Assembly: GCA_029762535.1 (NCBI GenBank)
Contig: JARVGK010000003.1
Span: 1 to 64,000, forward strand
Source of the DNA: Thermoplasmatota archaeon
GTDB taxonomy: Archaea; Thermoplasmatota; Penumbrarchaeia; Penumbrarchaeales; Penumbrarchaeaceae
Direction of reading: 5' to 3'
Length of the DNA: 64,000 bases
Shown: positions 1-9,965 of the stretch, piece after piece
How positions within the stretch are numbered: position 1 is the stretch's first letter
Layout: every line of letters begins with the position of its first letter
Position numbers and translations under genes: made by a program
The notes under the pieces: model-generated
Database searches by the model: none
What the model saw: the letters and a program-made list of their open reading frames with translations, nothing else
Told to the model about the DNA's origin: nothing

Positions 1-915
1 AGCTGGAGCGCATCTGACACGCAGGGAATAACCGGAATAAACCTCACGATAGGGGACATGAAGGTGCCTCTCGTACCCAGCTTGAGGGAATGGGCGATCA
101 ACCTCGATGAGGGGACCCATGTCATAATTATCGAGGTATCCGACATTTCAGGCAGGACGGACAATGACAGCATCATTTTGATCGTGGACCTGACCCCGCC
201 GATGGTCGAAAGGTCGGCAGGTCCGATCGTCAGTGGCGGCTCGGTATTTCTCGAATGGTCCGTTAACGAGACCGAGATCGATGAATTGGAATGGAGCCTG
301 ACGCTGGATAACGAAACGGTCCCGGGAGTGGACTACGGCAAGGGAAGGCATGAGCTCAGGGATGTTCCACCAGGGAACCACGTCGCCGTGCTTACCGCTA
401 CGGATCCGGCCGGGAACAGTGTGGAGATCGTTTGGGATTTCAACGTTAAAAGCCAGGAACCGAAAGGGGTATCCGGCTCGGGTCTATCCCCTTTCATTGT
501 GATCCTGATCATCATCCTGTTCATAGCAGCCGTCATAGCCATAGCGGCCTTCCTTGTCCTGAGGAGAAGGCCAAAGGAAGAGGGTAAGAAGGTCGCAGGC
601 CCGGCGAGGCCCGAAAAGCTGAGGCTGAGCCATGTTGCCCCACTCGTCGCGGCCGGTCCGGCAAGGACAACTCCGCCCGCACAGCGCCCGGACGTGATCG
701 AGGACGGTCCGAGCTATATAAGGCCCAAGAGACCCGCACCCATGAAGAGGGACGCCGTCAGGTCGGGGCCGGTCGTCAGGCCGTCAGAAGCTAAGATACA
801 GAGACCTGCGAGAACCATAGAGACCGAACCTAAGAAAGCCTCCGATGAAGAGGTTCCGGTCTGGGACGAGGACGAGGTGGAATGGGACGAGATCCCGGAA
901 TGGGAAGATGCCTAA
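1..915 (+). CDS. C-terminal part of a membrane-anchored surface protein (Ig-like domains, TM helix, low-complexity cytoplasmic tail); 5' end outside the window
   Basis: Frame is open from base 1 (SWSASDTQGITG...). Ig-like motifs VDLTPP and LTATDPAGN; hydrophobic helix PFIVILIIILFIAAVIAIAAFLVL followed by RRRPK; acidic C-terminus. Confidence 0.8.
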   Translation, partial: SWSASDTQGITGINLTIGDMKVPLVPSLREWAINLDEGTHVIIIEVSDISGRTDNDSIILIVDLTPPMVERSAGPIVSGGSVFLEWSVNETEIDELEWSLTLDNETVPGVDYGKGRHELRDVPPGNHVAVLTATDPAGNSVEIVWDFNVKSQEPKGVSGSGLSPFIVILIIILFIAAVIAIAAFLVLRRRPKEEGKKVAGPARPEKLRLSHVAPLVAAGPARTTPPAQRPDVIEDGPSYIRPKRPAPMKRDAVRSGPVVRPSEAKIQRPARTIETEPKKASDEEVPVWDEDEVEWDEIPEWEDA

Positions 916-938
916 TAACTGAATCATATTCCTCTTCC

Positions 939-1388
939 ATGCCCTATTACCACGATCACGATTGGATCATTCCGGGGAGGATCTTGGCATCCAGGATCCC
1001 TCCGGACCTGTCATATCTCTTGACGCTCAAAGAGTCGGGGGTATCATCGGCCCTCAACCTGACCGAGATGGATTGGCCCGGAGAATGGAAGGGGTCATGG
1101 GGCGGGGATTACATGCATATCCCCGTCTATGATCTCGGGATCCCGACTGAAGAGCAGGCCGTGAATGCGTTACGTTTCATAGAAGAGGGTCTCTTAACAG
1201 GAGCGGTGATGGTCCACTGCTTCGCAGGACTGGGGAGAACGGGGACGATCATCGCCCTCTACCTTGTAGAGTCCGGAATTGAACCCAGGGACGCAGTGGA
1301 GTTGGTCAGGAGCAGGCGTCCGGGATCGCTCGAGGTCCTGGAACAGGAGGAGTTCGTGCTGAGCTGGAGAAGAGGGGGAGGATCATGA
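939..1388 (+). CDS. dual-specificity protein phosphatase family protein
   Basis: Catalytic HCxxGxGRT motif (VHCFAGLGRTG), DLGIPT general-acid loop, RSRRPGSLE. Start moved to ATG 939 to avoid overlap with the upstream gene. Confidence 0.9.
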   Translation: MPYYHDHDWIIPGRILASRIPPDLSYLLTLKESGVSSALNLTEMDWPGEWKGSWGGDYMHIPVYDLGIPTEEQAVNALRFIEEGLLTGAVMVHCFAGLGRTGTIIALYLVESGIEPRDAVELVRSRRPGSLEVLEQEEFVLSWRRGGGS

Positions 1389-2122
1389 TGGACGTGATAG
1401 TGCTGGCCGGCGGTTTCGCGAAGAGGATGTGGCCCCTGACCAAAGATATGCCAAAGCAGCTGCTCCCGGTGGCCGGAAGGCCGATGCTGGACCACACCAT
1501 ACGCCCTATCCTTGCCATGAGAGAGTTGGAGAGGCTATTCGTATCCACCAACGAACGGTTCTCGGGGCAGTTCCGGGAGTTCCTCGATGGATATGGAGAT
1601 GAGAGGATAGAGCTCTTCGTCGAACCTTCACATGGCGAGGAGCAGAAGCTCGGGGCCATAGGCGGGCTGGGTTACCTGATCCGCGAGAGGGGTCTTTCCA
1701 GGGACACTATGATCGTCGGAGGCGACAATCTGTTCGAGTTCACCCCAAGCGAGCCCCTCGAGTTCTTCAGGAGCAGGAACAAGGATATCGTGGCCGTATA
1801 TGACGTCGGCTCTCTGGATAGAGCAAAGCTGTACGGGATAGTGGATGTGGACCGGGAAGGGGTCATCGTCGATCTCCTGGAGAAGCCCGATAACCCCCCC
1901 TCCACCCTTGCCGCGACGGCTTTCTACATGTTCAAGGCAGAGACCATCGGTCTTGTCAACCCCTACCTGAAAGGAGGGGGGAAAAGGGACGCTCTGGGAC
2001 ATTTCATATCCTATCTGGTCCGCGAGAAGGAAGTGCTGGCGTGGTCCTTTTCCGGGAAATGGTTCGATGTCGGGTCCCTGGAGGTCTACAGGGAGGCCGA
2101 TGAGTATTTCTCCGCAAGTTAG
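1385..2122 (+). CDS. sugar-phosphate nucleotidyltransferase (NTP_transferase family)
   Basis: LAGGFAKRMWPLTKDMPKQLLPVAGRP, GDN, EKP and WFDVG motifs; ATGA overlap with the phosphatase gene. Confidence 0.9.
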   Translation: MMDVIVLAGGFAKRMWPLTKDMPKQLLPVAGRPMLDHTIRPILAMRELERLFVSTNERFSGQFREFLDGYGDERIELFVEPSHGEEQKLGAIGGLGYLIRERGLSRDTMIVGGDNLFEFTPSEPLEFFRSRNKDIVAVYDVGSLDRAKLYGIVDVDREGVIVDLLEKPDNPPSTLAATAFYMFKAETIGLVNPYLKGGGKRDALGHFISYLVREKEVLAWSFSGKWFDVGSLEVYREADEYFSAS

Positions 2123-2156
2123 GACGGGTTCGGATCCGACCGTCGACCCGGACAAC

Positions 2157-2897
2157 TCATAGACGAAGGTTCCAACCTGGATCGCGGTATTTGGACCTGA
2201 CCAAGGACCTGGATCGTTCCAGGTCCTTTTCGGACCACTCGAGGTCCATCCTTTCCCTGTCCGGTAGGATCGAATCGAGGACATGCCCTGCGAGTTCGGG
2301 TAGCGATATGTCCACATGATTGGATATCGGGGACACCTCTTTGCGAACGGAGGGGGTGGCATCCACGCATCCGAAGCGCCCGCCCCACAATAGCCTCTTC
2401 ATCAGCTCGGAGTCCATGGAATGAAGGACCGTTCCATGGACCTGGACCGTGTCCCAGGTCCATCTCATCGATGATCCGACCACCTTTCCGCCGCTCTTCA
2501 TGAATATCGATGTTCCATCAATGAATGTGTCAAGGCCCAATTCCCTGAAGGACCTGTCTATGGGTTCCAACACCGCCCTGTAAGCGCCTGAGATCCCTCC
2601 CGATATCATATCGACCGGGGCGGAAAGCGAGAAGGCGAACTCCCCATCTCCGTCGTTTAGGACGGCGCCTCCTCCGCTCATTCTCCTCACGACGGGGATC
2701 CCCAGGTCCCGGGCGAGCTCAAGGTCCACCTCTCCTTTCGCGCACTGGAACCTGCCTATCGTCAGGGACCGCGGGACCGTTCTCCAGCCCCTGAGTATCG
2801 GGACACCGTTCGATCTGACCCATTCGAAAACAATTTCCTCGAGGGCGAGGGCCCACTCGATATCCGAAGGTTTTATCCCATTGAACAGGACGTCCAT
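2157..2897 (-). CDS. lplA: lipoate-protein ligase A family protein (catalytic domain)
   Basis: VVRRMSGGGAV, GGKVVGSS with the catalytic Lys, HGT and KYRDPGWN motifs. Confidence 0.85.
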   Translation of the reverse strand: MDVLFNGIKPSDIEWALALEEIVFEWVRSNGVPILRGWRTVPRSLTIGRFQCAKGEVDLELARDLGIPVVRRMSGGGAVLNDGDGEFAFSLSAPVDMISGGISGAYRAVLEPIDRSFRELGLDTFIDGTSIFMKSGGKVVGSSMRWTWDTVQVHGTVLHSMDSELMKRLLWGGRFGCVDATPSVRKEVSPISNHVDISLPELAGHVLDSILPDRERMDLEWSEKDLERSRSLVRSKYRDPGWNLRL

Positions 2898-3034
2898 CGT
2901 CCGTTGAGATGGCAGGTATTATTTAGTAATTATCCGAAATAGCATGTTCAACGGATCTTTGGGGCGAAATTATCTATATCTTCCTAACATATATCCCTTC
3001 ATCTTGGGTTTCCTATGGGAAAGGTCCAGAATAT

Positions 3035-5713
3035 ATGGTTCGGACCAGCGGGGGTGCTGTGCTGAAGGCATCAGGTCCGATGGATATGAGAAAAACCGAC
3101 GGTCGCAAGGCGGACAGCCTGTTCAGGGCACTCCCTGTAGGGGGGGGTATTCTCATCGACAGGGTGTTCGTCGAGGTGAACGACGCCTTCTGCGATATGC
3201 TGGGTCACACCAGGGACGAGCTGATAGGCCGCTCGTCGCGGATGGTCTATCCCACCGATGAGGATTTCGAATATGTCGGCAGGGAGAAATACCGACAGAT
3301 CGCCGAGACCGGGTCCGGGCAGTTGGAGGCGCGCTTCCTCCGAAAGGACGGGGAGATATTGGACGTCCTGCTGAGCAGTACCTATTTGGATCTCTCCGAT
3401 CCCTCAAAAGGCGTGACCTTCACCGCAATGGACATCACCCGATCCAAGAAAGAGAGAGAGGAGCTGAAAAGGAGCGATTCCCTGTTAAAAGCCATCAATA
3501 GGGGCATCAACGATATCGTCTGGATGATGGACATGGACATGAGGTTCACCTATGTCAGCCCCTCGATCGAGAAGGTGCTGGAATACAGGCCCGAGGAGGT
3601 TTTGGGAACATCCGTCCTCTCATATTTTCCTGAAGAGGACCTGGTAGAGGTAAGAGCGAACATCAAGCAAAGGCTGCGATCCCCTGATGCCGAGGGGAAG
3701 AACGTTGTTTTCGAATACAGGATGGTCTCAAGGTCTGGAAAGCTTGTCCCTGTCGAGGTCTCGTCCTCCGTCAAACGTGACGAGGACGGTAATGTCCTGG
3801 AGTTCTACGGCGTAACCAGGGACATCTCCGAGAGGATGAAGCGGGATATGGAGAGGGGCAATCTACACAGGATCATGGCATCGCTTCCTTCAGGGGTGAT
3901 GGTCATTGACGATTCCGAGAAAGTCGTGCATTTGAACGATGCCGCCCGCAGGTTCTTCGGATCCAGCGGTTCGGATGAGGGGCCAAAGGCATGCGGAGAT
4001 GTTTTGGGATGCAGGAACCGGAACATCACCCCCGAAGGCTGCGGGCGCTCGGAGAACTGCGCATCATGCAGGATCCTGAAATATATCAGGGACGTCCTGG
4101 CAGGCGGGGAAGGCGTTGAGGGGGAGGATCTGGACATCAGTGTCGAGGACCGATCCGAACCTCGATCGTTGATATTCAGCGTGGTCCCTATGGTGGAGAG
4201 AGGCGAACGGATGGCCCTCGTTTCGTTCAACGATATCACTCCAAGGAGAGCCGCGGAGCGTGATCTTGCCATCAGCGAGGCGAAGCTGTCCAGGGCGGAG
4301 CAGGTCGCCGGGATCGGGTACTGGGAGTTCGACATGGGCAAGGGGACGGTTAGGGCATCCGAAGGGGCGAAAAGGTTGTACGGGATAGTCGGGGACGATC
4401 TGAGAATAACGGAGGTCCAGCAAATACCCCTCCCCGAGTATCGGGGCATGCTCGACTCCGCCCTCAAGGATCTGATCGATAAAGGGCTGTCCTATGACGT
4501 CGAGTTCAAGATCGAAAGGCCAAGCGACTCAGAGGTGATCGATATACACAGCATAGCGGAGTACGATGCTGATAGGAACGTGGTATTCGGCATTATCCGG
4601 GATGAAACGGATCGAAAAGCAATGGAGGAGGCCCTCAGAAAGAGCGAGTCCCTGCTCAACAACACCCAGAGGATCGCCCGGATCGGAGGGTGGGAATATG
4701 ACGTAGAGAAGAAGGCCATGTTCTGGACGAAGGAGCTCTACCACCTGCACGGGATCGAGGATGCCGAGATCGAGCCCGGAAGCACCCATCACATAGACAG
4801 GAGCATAACCTGCTACGATCCCGAATACCGTCCGTTAATAAGGTCTGCCTTCGAGAGATGCGTTTCCGAAGGTGAGCCTTACGATCTCGAGTTCCCGTTC
4901 ACATCTTACATGGGGGAGAAGATGTGGATAAGGACGTCCGGGATCCCCTTTATGAAGAGGGGGAAGGTCGAAAAGGTCATGGGGACCCTGATGGACATAA
5001 CCTCGCTGAAGAGGGCCAGGGAGGATCTCATCGAGCAGCGCGATATCGCCAGTTTCCATCTGGACCTGCTCAACCACGACATAGGCAACCTTCATCAGGG
5101 CCTCTACAGCTCCATGCAGCTACTGGAGATGACGGACGATCCCGACAAGCGCCGATCGATAATCAGGCTCTCATTGGGGATACTGACGCGGAGCATGAAG
5201 CTCACAGAGGACGTCAAGCTTCTATCCCACATGAGGGATTCGAAGATAGCCTTCGAGCCCGTGGACATTGTATCGATGATCAAGAGGGTGTCCTCCATGG
5301 TGATGGATATGTTCACCGAGCGCGATGTTCGGATAGATATGGACGCCCCTACGGAGAAGTTCACGGTGACGGCGGAACCATTCCTCGAGCAGCTCGTGCT
5401 CAACCTCCTCCACAACGCCGTGAAATGCCAGAGGGAGAAGCCCCGCGTTGAAGTGAAGGTCCGGCGTCAGGAGGGAAAGCTCATAGTGGATTTCGACGAT
5501 CACGGCCCAGGTTTTCCGGCCAGTTCGATAGAGGAGCTGATCAAAAAGACGCGGATGGGGGTCGGAACGAGAAGGGGTCTGGGCCTCGTTCTCTCGGCCG
5601 AGATCGCAAAACGGCACGATGCGACGCTCGAGGTGATGCCAACGGTAAAGGGCGATCCCTCGAAAGGGACGAGGTTCAGGCTGTCGCTAATGAACGGTGA
5701 TTCGTCTTCCTAA
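3035..5713 (+). CDS. multi-PAS sensor histidine kinase
   Basis: Five PAS/PAC-like repeats (DITRSKK, DISERMK, DITPRR, DETDRK, DITSLK), H-box LNHDIGN, N-box NLLHNAVK, DHGPG and GLGL G-boxes. Confidence 0.9.
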   Translation: MVRTSGGAVLKASGPMDMRKTDGRKADSLFRALPVGGGILIDRVFVEVNDAFCDMLGHTRDELIGRSSRMVYPTDEDFEYVGREKYRQIAETGSGQLEARFLRKDGEILDVLLSSTYLDLSDPSKGVTFTAMDITRSKKEREELKRSDSLLKAINRGINDIVWMMDMDMRFTYVSPSIEKVLEYRPEEVLGTSVLSYFPEEDLVEVRANIKQRLRSPDAEGKNVVFEYRMVSRSGKLVPVEVSSSVKRDEDGNVLEFYGVTRDISERMKRDMERGNLHRIMASLPSGVMVIDDSEKVVHLNDAARRFFGSSGSDEGPKACGDVLGCRNRNITPEGCGRSENCASCRILKYIRDVLAGGEGVEGEDLDISVEDRSEPRSLIFSVVPMVERGERMALVSFNDITPRRAAERDLAISEAKLSRAEQVAGIGYWEFDMGKGTVRASEGAKRLYGIVGDDLRITEVQQIPLPEYRGMLDSALKDLIDKGLSYDVEFKIERPSDSEVIDIHSIAEYDADRNVVFGIIRDETDRKAMEEALRKSESLLNNTQRIARIGGWEYDVEKKAMFWTKELYHLHGIEDAEIEPGSTHHIDRSITCYDPEYRPLIRSAFERCVSEGEPYDLEFPFTSYMGEKMWIRTSGIPFMKRGKVEKVMGTLMDITSLKRAREDLIEQRDIASFHLDLLNHDIGNLHQGLYSSMQLLEMTDDPDKRRSIIRLSLGILTRSMKLTEDVKLLSHMRDSKIAFEPVDIVSMIKRVSSMVMDMFTERDVRIDMDAPTEKFTVTAEPFLEQLVLNLLHNAVKCQREKPRVEVKVRRQEGKLIVDFDDHGPGFPASSIEELIKKTRMGVGTRRGLGLVLSAEIAKRHDATLEVMPTVKGDPSKGTRFRLSLMNGDSSS

Positions 5714-5773
5714 GCTGAGACATTAAAAAAAAAATTATCCTTCCACTTAATTCTCGTGGAGGAAAATGGATCC

Positions 5774-5793
5774 GGGGATGGATTACCATCCCC
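5774..5793. terminator. hairpin between convergent genes, with an A-run at 5725-5733 (U-tract on the - strand)
   Basis: GGGGATGG-atta-CCATCCCC. Confidence 0.45.
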
Positions 5794-5811
5794 TTCAATT
5801 CCAACGGCGCT

Positions 5812-5985
5812 TCAGAACCGTCTCGGATTGGGGTTCTTCTTCCTGTAGCAGTCCCTGCAGTAAACTGGTCTGGTCCCGTCGGGCTTGAAGGGTACCTCGG
5901 TCTCAACGCCGCACTCTGCACAAGTGACCTTATGCATCTCCCGAGGAGGACGATCATATCCTCCCCTCCTGTTATCCCTATACAT
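5812..5985 (-). CDS. CxxC-x17-CxxC domain small zinc-binding protein
   Basis: REMHKVTCAECGVETEVPFKPDGTRPVYCRDCY is the signature of this family. Start taken at ATG 5985. Confidence 0.9.
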   Translation of the reverse strand: MYRDNRRGGYDRPPREMHKVTCAECGVETEVPFKPDGTRPVYCRDCYRKKNPNPRRF

Positions 5986-6088
5986 ATTGATTATTCCTTT
6001 GGCCCCATTGGACAGGGGCTTGGAACCATCAAAACCTAAGTGAATAATAAACTTTTGCCAATTACAAGTGTGTACAATGACAGTAAGT

Positions 6089-6742
6089 TCAATAGTGCTC
6101 ATCTATGAGAGATGATATCAGGCGGCATTCGGCCTTGCGGAGATGCTCGATCGCAGTGGCCTTGCTCACGCCCAATCTGGATGCCAGGTCCTCTGCCTTA
6201 ACTTTCCTTGGATAATTGTAGTAACCGCTCTTTTTCGCCTCGAAAAGGATCTCCCTCTGCTTCTGCGTTAAACGGGATATTAAATCCTTTTCCTGGAATG
6301 TCGCTTGCGAAAAGGAAATCCTTCTGACGGACCCGAAGAGTTTCATAATCTTTACTGCTCTTTTCAGTTCATTTTCCTCGCCCATGCAGGATAAGAGCAT
6401 CCTGCCATCCTTCCAGAAGGTCGGGTCTGTCCAGATCACATCCATCCTAGAACCCCTGAACATGTCCTTCAGGATCCCTTCCGGTGCCTTCGCATAGAAG
6501 AGGACTATATATTGATCACCATTTCTGGACAGTATCGTGGTCTGTACCGATAAAGGCCATTTGATACTCTGCATCTCTACACCATTCTTCAGTTTCATCT
6601 CGGCGACCATCACCTTGACCCCTTCTTCGAAATCCACCCGTAGGAGATGTATCAATCGGAAAGATTCGATACGATCGAGAAGGCCTTTCTGGTATGTTTT
6701 AAAGAGGATCCCAGGTTCGAACTCCATTGTAAGCTTGCGCAT
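6089..6742 (-). CDS. bat-type (HTH_10) helix-turn-helix transcriptional regulator
   Basis: LTQKQREILFEAKKSGYYNYPRKVKAEDLASRLGVSKATAIEHLRKAE. Confidence 0.9.
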   Translation of the reverse strand: MRKLTMEFEPGILFKTYQKGLLDRIESFRLIHLLRVDFEEGVKVMVAEMKLKNGVEMQSIKWPLSVQTTILSRNGDQYIVLFYAKAPEGILKDMFRGSRMDVIWTDPTFWKDGRMLLSCMGEENELKRAVKIMKLFGSVRRISFSQATFQEKDLISRLTQKQREILFEAKKSGYYNYPRKVKAEDLASRLGVSKATAIEHLRKAECRLISSLIDEHY

Positions 6743-6839
6743 GATGCTGTAATAATTGACCGGTTATTTAAAGTGCCATACATGAACGGCAATGAAAATA
6801 TTTACGATCGAACCCATACTCCATTACAGGAGGAATATC

Positions 6840-7523
6840 ATGAAACTAGTGGAGATCGATCAGGTCCATAAGAGCTATTATTCAGGTGGAGACAGGACGC
6901 ATGTCATAAGAGGAGCGGACCTATCGATGGAGAGAGGAGAAATGGTGATGATAATGGGCCCGTCAGGATCGGGCAAGACCACGCTCTTGAACCTACTGGG
7001 AGGTATTGATAAGCCCGATTCCGGCATACTTCGGGTGGATGGTCTCGATCTCACGAACCTTGGTAAGAAGGAGTTGACGAGATTCCGAAGGGAGAAGGTG
7101 GGATTCATATTCCAGTTCTACAACCTGATCCCCACATTGACATCCCTCGAGAACGTCGAGCTTGGCCTTGAGGCGCTAGGCCTTCCCAAGAAGGAAATCA
7201 GGTCGAGGGCTTTGAAGTACCTGAGGCTTGTCAATCTCGATGACAAGCTCGGTTCATATCCTCAGGAGCTTTCGGGAGGACAGCAGCAACGGGTCGCAAT
7301 AGCAAGAGCCCTTGCCAAAGAGCCAAAGTTGATCCTTGCCGATGAGCCGACAGGGAACATAGATGAGGAGCATGAGAACATTATAATGAGCCTAATGAAG
7401 GACCTGCAGCATCGATCGAAGACAGCTTTCATGATCGTTTCCCACAACACGCGGCTGAAGCGTTTTATGGACCACACCCTCCACCTGAGACGCGGAAAGC
7501 TATCGGAAAGCAATGGAGGTTGA
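6840..7523 (+). CDS. ABC transporter ATP-binding protein (LolD/MacB type)
   Basis: [49 protein letters not shown] upstream of ATG 6840. Confidence 0.92.
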   Translation: MKLVEIDQVHKSYYSGGDRTHVIRGADLSMERGEMVMIMGPSGSGKTTLLNLLGGIDKPDSGILRVDGLDLTNLGKKELTRFRREKVGFIFQFYNLIPTLTSLENVELGLEALGLPKKEIRSRALKYLRLVNLDDKLGSYPQELSGGQQQRVAIARALAKEPKLILADEPTGNIDEEHENIIMSLMKDLQHRSKTAFMIVSHNTRLKRFMDHTLHLRRGKLSESNGG

Positions 7524-7528
7524 CGTAA

Positions 7529-9838
7529 TTGAATGCGATATACAAGAGTGTTTTAAGAAAACTTTGGAACATGAGATGGCGGTCCATTGCGTTCTCTCTG
7601 GTTATCGCACTTGCGGTGGCCATGCTTGTTTCCGGCCTTTATTCTTCATTGGTATTCGATCACTCCATAGATACTTTCATCGAAGGGACGAATTTTCCCG
7701 ATGTTTTCGTTCAGCTGTCAGATCCGATCGATGATGCCTCGATCGATGATATTCTATCCTCCTCATCTACCATAGACGCTTATTCCCTACGGCTTAAGGC
7801 CGATGGCATCTATCACAACGGGGGTGAAACCTATCCGGCGATCTTCATAGGGATCGATGATCCAACAAGGGAAGACATTGCCAGACTGGTCCTTAAGCAA
7901 GGTCGGTTCTTCGAAGGAAATGGCACGGGCGTCGTGGTCGCTGGGATGGAAAGTATCGGAGCGGAGGAAGGGTCGGAACTGGCCTTTTCAATAGGAACCA
8001 AAGACTTCAGACTGAACATCACAGGTTCCATTCAGACCACGGAGTATCTTTTCTTCCAGGCGATCCCAGATTCTTCACTTCCCTTTCCAGGGCAGGTCGT
8101 TGTGGTCTATATGGGTTTGGAGGATCTGCAAGCCATCGTCGGTCCTGGGATCAATGATATGATCCTCATCTTTTCCAGCGGCTCGGATACTGAGGATGCG
8201 ATACCCGAACTGGAAGGCCTGCCCATATCCCATTTGGTCCGTCAGAGGGATCATCCCAGCATCGTTTTCATGGATCTGGGAGTGGTGAAGATGAAGAACA
8301 TGTTCCCTCTACTTTCTTCCATATTCATGGTGATAGGCATGATCTCGATCTTCATGACCTTCTACAGGATCGTCATGAACGATTCCAGATACATTGGGGT
8401 GATGATGTCCCTCGGTTACAGCAAGGGGAGGATAGTGGCATCCTATATGGCCATGGGGGCGTTTCTGGCTCTGATAGGCTCGATATTGGGGTTTCTGTTA
8501 TCTCTACTTTTCACCTATGGTGTTATGTCCATAACGATGACGATGGTCGCCGATATCGATCTCGCTTTTCCGGTCGATCCGATGCCTTTCATGATAGGGG
8601 CTCTCTATGCGTTCGGGAGCGTTCTAGTATCCATAGGCATCCCGGTCATCGTGATAACCCGACAGAGTGTCCGGGAAGCCCTGGACCACAAGCCTAGGAC
8701 GAGGGTAGCGACGTTAGGGACCTCCCTTGGAGGGCTTTCCACCCTGAAAGTCATGGCGTTGAGGAACACCTTCAGGAACCCACCAAGGACCGCACTGACC
8801 GTCCTTGTGATCGGTATATCCATAGGTATGGCTGGATCGTGGCTGGTCATTACCGACTCGTCGATGACGTTCCTGAACGAACAGGTGGACTCCGATACCT
8901 GGGATATCAGGGCCGATTTCAACGGGATGAAGGATAACGATAACATCTCTCTTATACTTGATCTTCCCGATGCCGATTATGTCATACCTTTCGCTTTCTA
9001 TGCCGGCTCAGTAGAGAAGGGAGGCGAAGAGGATCACTCCTACATAGTCGCATGTGACGACATGGCCCAAGCCAGAGAATTCGAACTGCAGGAGGGGAAC
9101 TTGGATCTCTCAGGAGCAGTGATCACGAATAAACTCGCGAAGGATATGGGCCTGAAAGTTGGCGATAGCATAAGGATCTCAGTGGGACCGAGTTCGATGA
9201 TGATAACCATCACAGGGATTGTCTATGATATTCTGGGTCATACCGTGTACATGGATCGGAACGCTGCCTCGCAGATCGTCGAGAAAGATGTCTCATCGGG
9301 AGCTTTCATCAAATTGGATGATAAACAGCAAGTAGGGGCCAGGGCCTCTGAGATCAGAATGATCCCTGGAATATCCCGGGTCACCGTACAGGATGATATA
9401 TCAAGATCGGTCGAGGAGACCTTCGGTCAGGCCATGAGCATGTTATGGGCATATTTCTTGATCACCTTGTTGATAGCACTGGTGATCGCCGGATCGGCCA
9501 TAATCATCTCGACCATGGAGCGGGACCTGGAATATGCCACTTTGGAGACATTGGGGATCAAAAGGGAAAAGGTGATAGGTACGCTCGTACTAGAAGTGAC
9601 AATAATTGGGCTATTATCCTCTGCCATAGGGGTCCCGATGTCCTTTATACTTGGAAAACTAGTCGCCTTGGTAATGGAGGAGATACTCTACACCTTTCCC
9701 ATACTCTTCGCCATGAGCACGATCCTCCTAACATTCTTTTTGGGAACTCTATTTGTCCTGGGATCATCGATATTTCCGATCCGTTACACTGCGAAGTTGA
9801 ACGTCGAGAGGACCATAAGGGAGAGAACAGCTGCATAG
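7529..9838 (+). CDS. FtsX/MacB-like ABC transporter permease (duplicated)
   Basis: Two MacB-periplasmic + FtsX halves ([10 protein letters not shown]; RNPPRTALT; [13 protein letters not shown]); directly follows the ATPase gene. Confidence 0.88.
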   Translation: MNAIYKSVLRKLWNMRWRSIAFSLVIALAVAMLVSGLYSSLVFDHSIDTFIEGTNFPDVFVQLSDPIDDASIDDILSSSSTIDAYSLRLKADGIYHNGGETYPAIFIGIDDPTREDIARLVLKQGRFFEGNGTGVVVAGMESIGAEEGSELAFSIGTKDFRLNITGSIQTTEYLFFQAIPDSSLPFPGQVVVVYMGLEDLQAIVGPGINDMILIFSSGSDTEDAIPELEGLPISHLVRQRDHPSIVFMDLGVVKMKNMFPLLSSIFMVIGMISIFMTFYRIVMNDSRYIGVMMSLGYSKGRIVASYMAMGAFLALIGSILGFLLSLLFTYGVMSITMTMVADIDLAFPVDPMPFMIGALYAFGSVLVSIGIPVIVITRQSVREALDHKPRTRVATLGTSLGGLSTLKVMALRNTFRNPPRTALTVLVIGISIGMAGSWLVITDSSMTFLNEQVDSDTWDIRADFNGMKDNDNISLILDLPDADYVIPFAFYAGSVEKGGEEDHSYIVACDDMAQAREFELQEGNLDLSGAVITNKLAKDMGLKVGDSIRISVGPSSMMITITGIVYDILGHTVYMDRNAASQIVEKDVSSGAFIKLDDKQQVGARASEIRMIPGISRVTVQDDISRSVEETFGQAMSMLWAYFLITLLIALVIAGSAIIISTMERDLEYATLETLGIKREKVIGTLVLEVTIIGLLSSAIGVPMSFILGKLVALVMEEILYTFPILFAMSTILLTFFLGTLFVLGSSIFPIRYTAKLNVERTIRERTAA

Positions 9839-9965
9839 ACCTAACTGGTGTAGCGAAACGTCCTATTAGGGTAGTTTTCATCCCTTTTTGGGTTGTTCAG
9901 GGGTATTGTGTCGGAAAACAATAAAATAACGGGTAGTTCCATATGGTCCATGCGGGGGTATTCGC

